In this document: in pieces, positions 39,060-47,746 of the stretch
How positions within the stretch are numbered: position 1 is the first letter of the stretch
How the letters are laid out: each line of letters begins with the position of its first letter
Assembly: GCA_963716395.1 (NCBI GenBank)
Contig: OY970309.1
Location: forward strand, 3,264,001 to 3,328,000
Direction: 5' to 3'
Origin: an uncultured Fibrobacteria bacterium
Lineage (GTDB): Bacteria; Fibrobacterota; Fibrobacteria; UBA11236
Length of the DNA stretch: 64,000 nt
Notes under the pieces: model-generated
Database searches by the model: none
What the model was told of the DNA's origin: nothing
What the model saw: only the letters and a program-made list of their open reading frames with translations
Program-made: the position numbers and the translations under genes

Positions 39060-40400
39060 TTACTGAATCCCGTACTCTTTGATTTTATACAGCAGGCCGC
39101 GGCGGCTGATGCCCAGATACTCGGCGGCTTGGGTTTTGTTCCAGCGGTTCAATTCCAGGGCTTTGGAAATTTCGTCGCGCTCAACGCCTTGCCGACGCGC
39201 GCGCATCGAGGTCTTGGCGGCGGGCTTCTCGGTTTCGGCCGGTTCCAGTTCGAAGCACAGGTCGGCGCCCGAAGCCAAGACGACGGCCCGTTCCACGGCA
39301 TTGGCCAACTCGCGCACATTGCCGGGCCAAGCGTAACCGCGCAGCAGTTGTTCATGTTCCGCCCCCAGCCGGTGGCGGCAGGAATACCGTTGGTTGAACT
39401 GTTCCAGAAAATACCGGGCCAGCACCAGGATGTCTTCGCCGCGATCGCGCAGCGGCGGCAGCTCGATGGGGATCACATTGAGCCGAAAGTACAGATCTTC
39501 GCGAAAGCGTCCCTGGCGCACGTCTTCGCGCAGATTGCGGTGCGTGGCCGCCACCAGGCGAAAGTCCACCCGCACCGACTCGCGTCCGCCGACGGGATCG
39601 ACGGTGTGCTCCTGCAGTACGCGCAAAAGCTTGACCTGCACCGCGGCCGGCAATTCGCCGATCTCGTCTAGAAACATGGTGCCGCCGTCGGACAACAGGA
39701 ATTTGCCCGGCTTCGCGGTCATGGCGCCGGTGAAGGCCCCCTTTTCATGGCCGAATAATTCCGACTCGATCAACGCTTCGGGGATGGCGCCGCAATTCAC
39801 GGGCACAAAGGGATGCCCGTTGCGCGGCGACGCTTCGTGCAGGGCGCGGGCCAGGCCTTCTTTGCCCGTGCCGCTTTCGCCCAGGATCAAAACCGTGGCA
39901 TCGCCAAACGCAGCTTTGCGCGCTTTGTCGAGACAGGCCAGAAAGGGCGCGCTCTGCCCGATCAGGGCGTGAAAGCCGCGCCCGTCCGGTGCCGGAGGCA
40001 GCGCATTCGCCGGTTGCACATCGGATTCGTGCAAAAGCCGCAGGGTGATTTGTCGCAATTCCTCGTTCTCAAAGGGCTTGGTGAGAAAATCCGAAGCGCC
40101 GAAGCGCAAGGCCTGCACCACGGTGTCGAGCGTGCCATGCGCGGTGATCATCAGAAAGCGCACGCCCGGTTGCTCCTGCTTCACGCGGTGCAAGAACTCC
40201 AGCCCGTCCAGGCCGGGCATGCGGATGTCGGTGATCACCACGTCGATGTTTTCCTCGCGCAGAACATCCAGCGCGGCTTCGGCCGACTCGACGGCGAAAA
40301 CCTTCTCGGCCACCGATCGCAGCGCCGCGGCCGCGATCTCGCGGATATGCTCCTCGTCGTCGACGATCAGCACCGAGCGGCGCAAGGTCGCGGGTTTCAT
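39060..40400 (-). CDS. Sigma54-dependent NtrC-family response regulator
   Basis: REC (IVDDE, TDIRMP, KPF), GESGTGKE, GAFTGA, FLDEIGE, WPGNVREL, Fis-type HTH. Confidence 0.95.
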   Translation of the reverse strand: MKPATLRRSVLIVDDEEHIREIAAAALRSVAEKVFAVESAEAALDVLREENIDVVITDIRMPGLDGLEFLHRVKQEQPGVRFLMITAHGTLDTVVQALRFGASDFLTKPFENEELRQITLRLLHESDVQPANALPPAPDGRGFHALIGQSAPFLACLDKARKAAFGDATVLILGESGTGKEGLARALHEASPRNGHPFVPVNCGAIPEALIESELFGHEKGAFTGAMTAKPGKFLLSDGGTMFLDEIGELPAAVQVKLLRVLQEHTVDPVGGRESVRVDFRLVAATHRNLREDVRQGRFREDLYFRLNVIPIELPPLRDRGEDILVLARYFLEQFNQRYSCRHRLGAEHEQLLRGYAWPGNVRELANAVERAVVLASGADLCFELEPAETEKPAAKTSMRARRQGVERDEISKALELNRWNKTQAAEYLGISRRGLLYKIKEYGIQ

Positions 40401-41731
40401 GCTGCCTCCGCGGCGCGCAAATCGCCGATGACCACGGTGAAACGCGAACCTGGTTCGCGCGGTTCGTAGTAGAGGTCGCCGCCCAGTTCGCGCGCTAGTT
40501 TACGCGAAATGGCGAGGCCTAATCCGGTGCCCTTGGCCGAGGTGGTGAAAAAAGGTTCGAACAATTGCGGCCGTTTTTCCGAGGGAACGCCCGCGCCATC
40601 GTCTTCGACCCGAAGCTCGGCCACCTCGCCGCTGGCTTCGAGGTGTACGCGCAAGGGATATCCGGGGGGTTGGAAGCGACGGGCATTCTGCACCAGGTTG
40701 AGCAGGATCTGGCGAATGCCTTCGCGGTCGGAAAACACAGGATAGGCGCCGGTGGTGGAGAACTCCAAGGGATGATCGGGCGCTAACTCGCTTTGCACCC
40801 GGCAAAACTCGGCCGCCCAAGCACACAGGTCGAAGCGTTCGGGCTTGACAACGAAAGGACGGGCGAAGCGCAGAAATTCCTGCACGACTTCGTTCAGCCG
40901 CACTGAATCCTTCAGGATCATGTCGATGAAGCGGGCGTTGCCCAGACCTTCTTCGCGCAAGAGCTGGGCGGCGCCGTAAATCCCTTCCAAGGGATTCTTG
41001 ATTTCATGGGCCACGCCCGCGGCCACCACGGCCCGCTCCTGGGCCTTCATCGCGGCCTCGCTTTCGCGGGCGCGCAATTCCAGCAGGCGCTTGACATTGA
41101 CGGCGGCGACATAGGTCAGAAAGCTGAATACGCCCAGGTACACGAGTTGGAACACGATATAATGCCAGCTCACTTTGGGCGTTGTGGTGTGTTCGATGCT
41201 GGTGCCGTAAGCGATGTGGTAATGCAGGTTGAAATACAGGAACAGCGAGCCGTATAAGATTACGGCCCAGGCTCCACCCCAAATCGCCAGGCCGCGCTTG
41301 TAGCGCAGCGCGGCCAGACCCAGGCAGCAGTAATAATTGAAATAAGTCGGCACCTTGAGGGCATATTCCGGGCCGTCGGTGAACTGGTACAACCAGATCA
41401 TGCTCGTCACGGTGACCATATCGGCGGCCGTGGTCAGAAATTTGTAGGCCGGGCGATAGGGGCGGAAACACAGCCAAAGCTGCACGCCGATGGACCAGGC
41501 GAACCAGATACCGCCTATCCCGAGATTGCTGAGATTCGACCAGTAATAGTTTCCGGGCGCGTGCAGGGCGGTGGAAATCAGCCACGCCAGCACATACACC
41601 ATGCGGATAAAGTTGGAGAGGCGTTCGGCGCGGGCTTCTTCCTGAAACCACAAATCCCGGCCGCGCTCTGCTGGATGCGGCCGCAACAGCCGCTCGTAAA
41701 ATTCCGCCAGCGGCCGAAAGGCGGACAGCAT
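40397..41731 (-). CDS. Membrane sensor histidine kinase (about 6 TM)
   Basis: H-box VAHEIKNPL, N-box NLVQNA, DDGAG, FEPFFTT, GTGLGL; overlaps the response regulator start. Confidence 0.93.
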   Translation of the reverse strand: MLSAFRPLAEFYERLLRPHPAERGRDLWFQEEARAERLSNFIRMVYVLAWLISTALHAPGNYYWSNLSNLGIGGIWFAWSIGVQLWLCFRPYRPAYKFLTTAADMVTVTSMIWLYQFTDGPEYALKVPTYFNYYCCLGLAALRYKRGLAIWGGAWAVILYGSLFLYFNLHYHIAYGTSIEHTTTPKVSWHYIVFQLVYLGVFSFLTYVAAVNVKRLLELRARESEAAMKAQERAVVAAGVAHEIKNPLEGIYGAAQLLREEGLGNARFIDMILKDSVRLNEVVQEFLRFARPFVVKPERFDLCAWAAEFCRVQSELAPDHPLEFSTTGAYPVFSDREGIRQILLNLVQNARRFQPPGYPLRVHLEASGEVAELRVEDDGAGVPSEKRPQLFEPFFTTSAKGTGLGLAISRKLARELGGDLYYEPREPGSRFTVVIGDLRAAEAA

Positions 41732-41736
41732 GCGGA

Positions 41737-44700
41737 TCAGGCCGCGATGCGCGCGGCTTCGTCGAGTTGCACCGAGACCAGCTTGGAGATGCCTTTGATC
41801 TCCTGCGTAACCCCGTAGAGCATATCAGAAGCGGCCATGGTGCGCTTGTTGTGGGTGACCACGATGAATTGGGTTTGATGGCTGAAGCGCCGGAGCAATT
41901 GCACGAAACGGCCGATATTGGCGTCGTCGAGCGGTCCGTCGACCTCGTCCATGATGCAATACGGCGACGGGCGTACGAGGTACAGCGCGAACAACAGCGA
42001 GATGGCCGTAAGCGCGCGCTCGCCGCCCGACAACAGACCCACGCCGCGCATCTTCTTGCCCGTGGGACGGGCGTTGATCTCGATGCGCGCATCCAGCGGA
42101 TCGACGCCCTCTTCCAGCGCGAGCTGCGCTTCGCCGCCTTCGAACAGCGAAGAGAAGACATCCTGAAAATTGTGGCGCACGGTTTCGAAGGTGGCCAGAA
42201 ATTGCTCGCGGGCCGACTTGTCGAGCCGTTTGATGGCCCGTTCCAATCCCGTGCGGGCCTTTTTCAGGTCATCGAATTGGCGGCTCACCTCTTCGAGGCG
42301 CGCCTTTTCCGCCTCATAGTCTTCTACTGCGCCCGCATTGACGTTACCCACGGCTTTGAGCTTCTCCTTGAGATCGGCGATTTCGGCTTCCACGGTTTCG
42401 GCCTCGTAGTCGACACGCACAAAGTCGGGGACCTCGGCGTCAAAATCGACTTCGTGGATTTCGAACATGCGTTCGCGCACCGATTGCAGCGCGGAGCGCG
42501 TCTGCTCCAGACTCAGCGATTGTTGATGCCCCTGCTCCACCAGCTCGCGCAACGCCTCCTGCCCGCGCCGCATCTGCGCGCGGCGCTCTTCCAGGTGCAA
42601 TACTTTGGCGTCGTATACCGATTTGACGGCGTCATATTCCTTTTCTTCGCCGCTCAGGCGCACGTGCAGTAAAGCCAAATCGGCTTCCACAGCGGCGGCT
42701 TGAGCGCGCAGCATCCCGATTTGGGATTGATCGGCTTCGGATTGGCGGGTGCCGCGGTCCAGCGCCGCGCGCAATTCCGCCGCGCTGCGATCCCAGTATT
42801 CCCGCCGGGCCTGTAAAGCCTTGACCCGGGCCTCGGCGTCCAAGCGCCCCTGTTCGAAACCGCGCCACTCCTGTTCGAGGACGCGGCGCGCCGATTCTTC
42901 GGCCTGCGCCTTTTCCAGGCCCGACTGATAGCGGTTCTCCAAGGTTTGGCGGCCTTCGCCGGCGAAATCCCATTCGGACCGCAGGACTTCCAGATTCCGC
43001 TCCAGTTCGGCGCGGCGTTCGCTGAGCAGGGTGAGTTTCAACCGCGCCTGTTCGGCCTCATGCTCCCTGGGTTCAATCTGCCGCTCCATTTCCCGCGCTT
43101 GGGCGCGCAAGGCGTGAATGCGCTGATCCGCGGCGCGGACGGCGCCTGCGAGTTTCTCGGCCTCAGCCGCATGCGCTGCCCGGCGCGCTTCGATGTGCGG
43201 AAGGCGCGCCGCCATGGCGGCCAAGGATTCGGCCACCTGGGCCAGGCGGGTTTCCGCCTCCTGCAAGTGCGCCTTGCGTTGTAAAAGGCCGCCTTCGGAG
43301 GCCGGCGCACCGCCCTGCAGCAATCCCCCAGCATGGCGCGCGGTTCCCTCCTCGGTCCAGAACCAAAAATCCTGGTCGGCCAGGCGCGCGGCCAAACGTT
43401 CGGCCGTGTCGGCGGAATCGACCCAGGCATGCTGGCCCAAGGCCCATTCCAAAACTCCGGACCATTCGGACGGATATTCGATGCCGTCCAGTAACCAGCC
43501 CCGAAACCCGGGTTCGCCGGCAAGGTCGGGTCGGGGTCGCCGAAAGCCCGTAGCATCGGGAGAGGCCAAGGGAAATGTCGAAGGAAAAGCCAAAGGAAAT
43601 GCGAAGACGGCCTCGCCTTTGCGACCCGCGCGCAGGGCTTCGATCAATTCCAGACCACGGGTGCGATCGGCCACCAGCACGGTTTGCAACGAACGACCCA
43701 AGGCTTTTTCCACCGGCACCAGCAAGGGTTCCGGCACGCGCAATACATCGATGAGCAAGGCGCGCATTTGCTCCCGCGCGTTTTCCAGCAGGTAGCGGAC
43801 GCCCGCCTCCATGCCTTCTCCGGCTTCTTCCCAACCGCGCAAAAGTTTATGCCGGGTTTCCAAGGCCACTTTTTCCCGTTGTCCCCCTTGTTCTTCGGCC
43901 CGGCATCGTTCCAGTTCTTGCGCTTCTGTCTGGGCCGCGGCCACGGCCTGTTGCCAGGCCAGTTGGGAGCGCGTAGTCTCTTCTTCGGCCACGGTCAGTT
44001 CCCGGCGTGCGGTTTCAAGTTCGCGTTTTTCCCCCGCCAGTTTTTCCTCGAGCAGATCGATGTCGGCCCGACCCTCTTCTTCGCGGTTTACCAGATGCTG
44101 CCAGTCGGTTTCGGCCGCAGTCAAACTCTGCCGGCGCGAGGCCAGCTCTTCCATGGCGCCGAGGCGTTCTTCGCCCAGCGCGTCGGCCTGGGCACGGGCT
44201 TCCTGGGCCTGACGCGTTGCGCTTTGCAGCCTATCGACGGCGGCGGCGGTCTGCTGGGCAACCGCGGTGCATTCGTTGCGCAAGCCTTCGGCTTCATCGG
44301 CCGCCGCGGAGCGCTGCGTTTCGATTTCCCGCAGCCGTTCCTGGAAGACGGCGTTTTCGCCGGCCGCGCGTTGCAGCGAATCCTCCAGATAAGCGATGCG
44401 GTCGCGACAGCGGCCGAATTCGGATTCCAGCCGCAACGCTTCGTTGCGGGTGTCGGCGGCGCGTTTCCCCAGCGCCGAAACCTGCTGCTCCTCGGTGATC
44501 AGGACCAGTTTTTCCTCTTCGAAAGAAGCTTCTTCGACCGCGCGCTGCGCTTCCTGTTCGGCCAGGCTGTTTTCGGTACGCGCATGATCGCGTTGCAACG
44601 CCTCCATGCGTTCGCGCAAAAGGCCATAGCCTGCATATTGGTAACTCAATTCCAGAGAACGATATGCTGCTTTCAGTTCGCGCCATTTCTCGGCTTTGCG

Positions 44701-45330
44701 GGCCTGGCGTTCAAACAGGTTCACATTCTGCTGCACGTGGCGCAAACTATCCTCGACCCGGGCCAAATCCTGTGCCGTGCGCTCCAACTGGCGCAGGGTT
44801 TCTTTGCGCTGTTGCTTGTATTTGGAAATGCCGGCCGCCTCTTCGAACATCACCCGCCGCTCCTCGGCTTTGTCAGAGAGAATGGTGTCGATCATCTTGG
44901 CCTCAATGAGGCTGTAAGACGCCGCACCCATGCCCGTGTCGTAAAACAGGTTGTGGATGTCTTTCAAGCGGCAGGGCTGATTGTTGATCAGGTATTCGCT
45001 TTCACCGTCGCGGTAGGCGCGCCGCGTGATCATCACCTGGCTGTAATCCGAAGGGAGAATACCGGCATTGTTGTTGACGATGAGACTGACTTCGGCCAGG
45101 CTCTGGGCCGGTTTATCCACGGTGCCGGAAAAGATCACGTCTTCCATTTTGCTCGAACGCAGCGCGCGGGCTTTCTGCTCGCCCAGCACCCAGCGGATGG
45201 CATCGATGATATTGGATTTTCCGCAGCCGTTCGGACCCACCACCGAGGTGATGCCCTCGCTGGGAAAGTTGACTTCGACCCGGCTGGCAAAGGATTTGAA
45301 GCCGAATAGGCGCAGTTTGGAAAGGTACAT
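41737..45330 (-). CDS. smc: Chromosome segregation protein SMC
   Basis: GFKSF, Walker A GPNGCGKSN, long coiled coils with hinge, LSGGE signature, DEVDGPLD, 1197 aa. Confidence 0.97.
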   Translation of the reverse strand: MYLSKLRLFGFKSFASRVEVNFPSEGITSVVGPNGCGKSNIIDAIRWVLGEQKARALRSSKMEDVIFSGTVDKPAQSLAEVSLIVNNNAGILPSDYSQVMITRRAYRDGESEYLINNQPCRLKDIHNLFYDTGMGAASYSLIEAKMIDTILSDKAEERRVMFEEAAGISKYKQQRKETLRQLERTAQDLARVEDSLRHVQQNVNLFERQARKAEKWRELKAAYRSLELSYQYAGYGLLRERMEALQRDHARTENSLAEQEAQRAVEEASFEEEKLVLITEEQQVSALGKRAADTRNEALRLESEFGRCRDRIAYLEDSLQRAAGENAVFQERLREIETQRSAAADEAEGLRNECTAVAQQTAAAVDRLQSATRQAQEARAQADALGEERLGAMEELASRRQSLTAAETDWQHLVNREEEGRADIDLLEEKLAGEKRELETARRELTVAEEETTRSQLAWQQAVAAAQTEAQELERCRAEEQGGQREKVALETRHKLLRGWEEAGEGMEAGVRYLLENAREQMRALLIDVLRVPEPLLVPVEKALGRSLQTVLVADRTRGLELIEALRAGRKGEAVFAFPLAFPSTFPLASPDATGFRRPRPDLAGEPGFRGWLLDGIEYPSEWSGVLEWALGQHAWVDSADTAERLAARLADQDFWFWTEEGTARHAGGLLQGGAPASEGGLLQRKAHLQEAETRLAQVAESLAAMAARLPHIEARRAAHAAEAEKLAGAVRAADQRIHALRAQAREMERQIEPREHEAEQARLKLTLLSERRAELERNLEVLRSEWDFAGEGRQTLENRYQSGLEKAQAEESARRVLEQEWRGFEQGRLDAEARVKALQARREYWDRSAAELRAALDRGTRQSEADQSQIGMLRAQAAAVEADLALLHVRLSGEEKEYDAVKSVYDAKVLHLEERRAQMRRGQEALRELVEQGHQQSLSLEQTRSALQSVRERMFEIHEVDFDAEVPDFVRVDYEAETVEAEIADLKEKLKAVGNVNAGAVEDYEAEKARLEEVSRQFDDLKKARTGLERAIKRLDKSAREQFLATFETVRHNFQDVFSSLFEGGEAQLALEEGVDPLDARIEINARPTGKKMRGVGLLSGGERALTAISLLFALYLVRPSPYCIMDEVDGPLDDANIGRFVQLLRRFSHQTQFIVVTHNKRTMAASDMLYGVTQEIKGISKLVSVQLDEAARIAA

Positions 45331-45536
45331 GTTGCGCTAAAGTTAGCTCCCGCGGCCAAAGCTGCGCAGGGAAAACCTCCCCTGGCCGGCGGAGGCAAAA
45401 ACTCGTTTGGAATCAAAGGGTTATTGCCGGAATGCGCCGCCGGTGCTCAGGAATTTATTGACCCCGTTGCAATTCTTCCTGCGCAAAAAGGGTCTAAATT
45501 TCCCACCGTACAGGTTCACCCCATCCAGGATTTTTT

Positions 45537-46886
45537 ATGAGCGACAAGGTCATGTGGCTGGAAGGCATGGTGCTCTCGCCCCATCACTTCCAGCAAGCCG
45601 AGAACCTTCAAATCCAGGACGCGAACGCGCGGCTGAAGCTCGTCAGCCCGTTTCACTACGGCGTGGCCGCGTTCGAAATCGATCGCGACGCGCTACAAAG
45701 CGGTTTTTTCGCGGTGCGCGAGTGCGCGGGAATTTTTCCCGACGGCACGTGGTTTTCCTATCCCGCCCAGGACGGCAGCCTGGATCAACGGCCTTTCGAG
45801 GCGAACTTTTCCGCGGCGCAGGACAGCCTGGGGGTTTCCCTGGCGGTGGCGGCTCTGCAACCCGGCAACCCGAATTTCGCGGCCGCGAACGATCTCGAAG
45901 GGAAACCGACGCGTTACCTGGGCCAAACCCGGGAAACCACTGATCTCAACAGCGGCGGCAATGCGCGGCCCGTCACCTTCGGCCGCCTCAATCTGCGCAT
46001 TCTTTTCGACGGCGAATCCACGGCCGGCCTGCAGACCTTGAAACTGTGTGAGCTCAAACGCGACGCCCAGGGCCGCGTGCAGCCGGCCGAAGACTTTTTC
46101 CCCGCGTGCCTGCGCCTGTCGGGATCGTCGGCGCTGATGACGCGCCTGAAAAAACTGGCCGACAACGCCCAGCAAAAAAGCGGTTACCTCATGGCGCAGC
46201 GCGCGCAAAAGGCCACGGGCGTGGCGCAATTCAGCGCCGAGTCGCTGACCCAATACCTGCTGCTCGCGGCCGTGAACGCTTCGCTCCCCGATCTGCTGCA
46301 CTTCCTGCAACAGCCTTCGGCGCATCCCGAAACCTTGTACCGGCGGTTGATCGGGTTCGCGGGATCCCTGCTCAGCTTCGGCGCCGAAACCAAGGCCTCG
46401 GATTTGCCGCCCTATTTGCACGGCGATTTGCGCGCCACCTTCCAGCCCCTTTTTCAACTGATCGATTCCTTGCTCGCGGCCAGTGTGCCCACCGGATTCC
46501 GTTTGATTCCGCTGGTGAAAACCAGTCCCATCCAATACCTGGCGAATCTGCGCGAGGTGGATTTGTCCAAGGTGCGCGATTTGTATCTGGGCGTATCGGC
46601 GCAAGCTTCGGACGTGGATATCATCACCGCCATCCAGCGCAAAGCCAAAATGGGACCGGCCGCGCGTTTGGAAACCTTGGTCAGCCATGCCTTGCCGGGC
46701 CTGCCGCTTTTGCCCGAAACCCAGCCGCCGCAGGGCATTCCGGCTAAAGCGGGATTCAAATATTTTCGCGTGCATCAAACCGGGGAATTGTGGGATGGCG
46801 CGCTGCAAGGAAAATCGCTGGCGCTGCATTTGCCCGGTGATCTGCCTGCGGCGCGCCTGGAACTCATCGCCACCTTGGAGTCCTGA
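45537..46886 (+). CDS. tssK: T6SS baseplate subunit TssK
   Basis: KVMWLEGMVLSPHHFQQ, GIFPDG, HPETLY, YLHGDL, ALPGLPL; first gene of the T6SS cluster. Confidence 0.93.
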   Translation: MSDKVMWLEGMVLSPHHFQQAENLQIQDANARLKLVSPFHYGVAAFEIDRDALQSGFFAVRECAGIFPDGTWFSYPAQDGSLDQRPFEANFSAAQDSLGVSLAVAALQPGNPNFAAANDLEGKPTRYLGQTRETTDLNSGGNARPVTFGRLNLRILFDGESTAGLQTLKLCELKRDAQGRVQPAEDFFPACLRLSGSSALMTRLKKLADNAQQKSGYLMAQRAQKATGVAQFSAESLTQYLLLAAVNASLPDLLHFLQQPSAHPETLYRRLIGFAGSLLSFGAETKASDLPPYLHGDLRATFQPLFQLIDSLLAASVPTGFRLIPLVKTSPIQYLANLREVDLSKVRDLYLGVSAQASDVDIITAIQRKAKMGPAARLETLVSHALPGLPLLPETQPPQGIPAKAGFKYFRVHQTGELWDGALQGKSLALHLPGDLPAARLELIATLES

Positions 46887-46888
46887 TT

Positions 46889-47746
46889 ATGATGAAGCCG
46901 GGCGAACGCAAAATTCTCACCCAGCCCATTCCCCCGCCCCAACGCACCGCTTTCGGACAGGGCCGCGGTCTCGATTGGGCCGATGGCGCGGTGCAAACCC
47001 TGTTCGGCCAAAACGGCGCCAGCGCGGGGCAAACATTATTCGGGGCCAAAGCGGCGAGCGCCGCTACCGGACCCTCCCTGCTGACGCTTTCCACCGATCT
47101 TCTGCTCATCGGCGTGAAGATCATGGAGACCTCCGATCTCGGCGACTCCGGTGCCTTACATCGGCTGCTGCTGGCCTATTTCAAAGACTTCGAACGTGCC
47201 TGCCTCACCCATCACAAGCCGCCCGAAGCCGTGGAAGAAGCCAAGTACGCCCTGGCGGCTTTTATCGATGAGACCATCATCAACAGCCCCAATAATTGTC
47301 GTGACGACTGGGTACGCGAGCCGCTGCAAGCGCAGTTTTTCAACGATCACAGCGCCGGCGAGCATTTCTTCACGCGTCTCGAAGGTTTGATTGGCGATTT
47401 GCGCCGCCACTTCGAAGCCGTCGAAGTGTTCTACATGTGCCTGGCGCTGGGGTTCCAGGGACGTTACCGCGTCGAAGGGCAGGAATTGCTGCCCAACGTG
47501 GTGCGCAATCTGTTGCGCCGCATCGAAGCGGTCAAGGGCAAGCCGCCGCAATCGCTGTCGCCGTCGGCCTATGTGCAGGCCGGCCTCGGCGATCGGGGCC
47601 GCGGCGGACGTCCCTTCGTGATCGGCGCCGCGATTTTTCTGGTCGTGGCCATCGCGCTGTTCTTCGTCTTGCAATTCGCCAGCGATGCGCCGCTCGACCT
47701 GGTGCAGAACTCGCTGCAGCACGCTTTGTCCGGAACCGGGCCATGA
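46889..47746 (+). CDS. tssL: T6SS membrane subunit TssL (DotU), no OmpA domain
   Basis: AKYALAAFIDETI, W...PLQ, AGEHFF, EVFYMCLALGFQGRY, C-terminal TM helix. Confidence 0.93.
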   Translation: MMKPGERKILTQPIPPPQRTAFGQGRGLDWADGAVQTLFGQNGASAGQTLFGAKAASAATGPSLLTLSTDLLLIGVKIMETSDLGDSGALHRLLLAYFKDFERACLTHHKPPEAVEEAKYALAAFIDETIINSPNNCRDDWVREPLQAQFFNDHSAGEHFFTRLEGLIGDLRRHFEAVEVFYMCLALGFQGRYRVEGQELLPNVVRNLLRRIEAVKGKPPQSLSPSAYVQAGLGDRGRGGRPFVIGAAIFLVVAIALFFVLQFASDAPLDLVQNSLQHALSGTGP

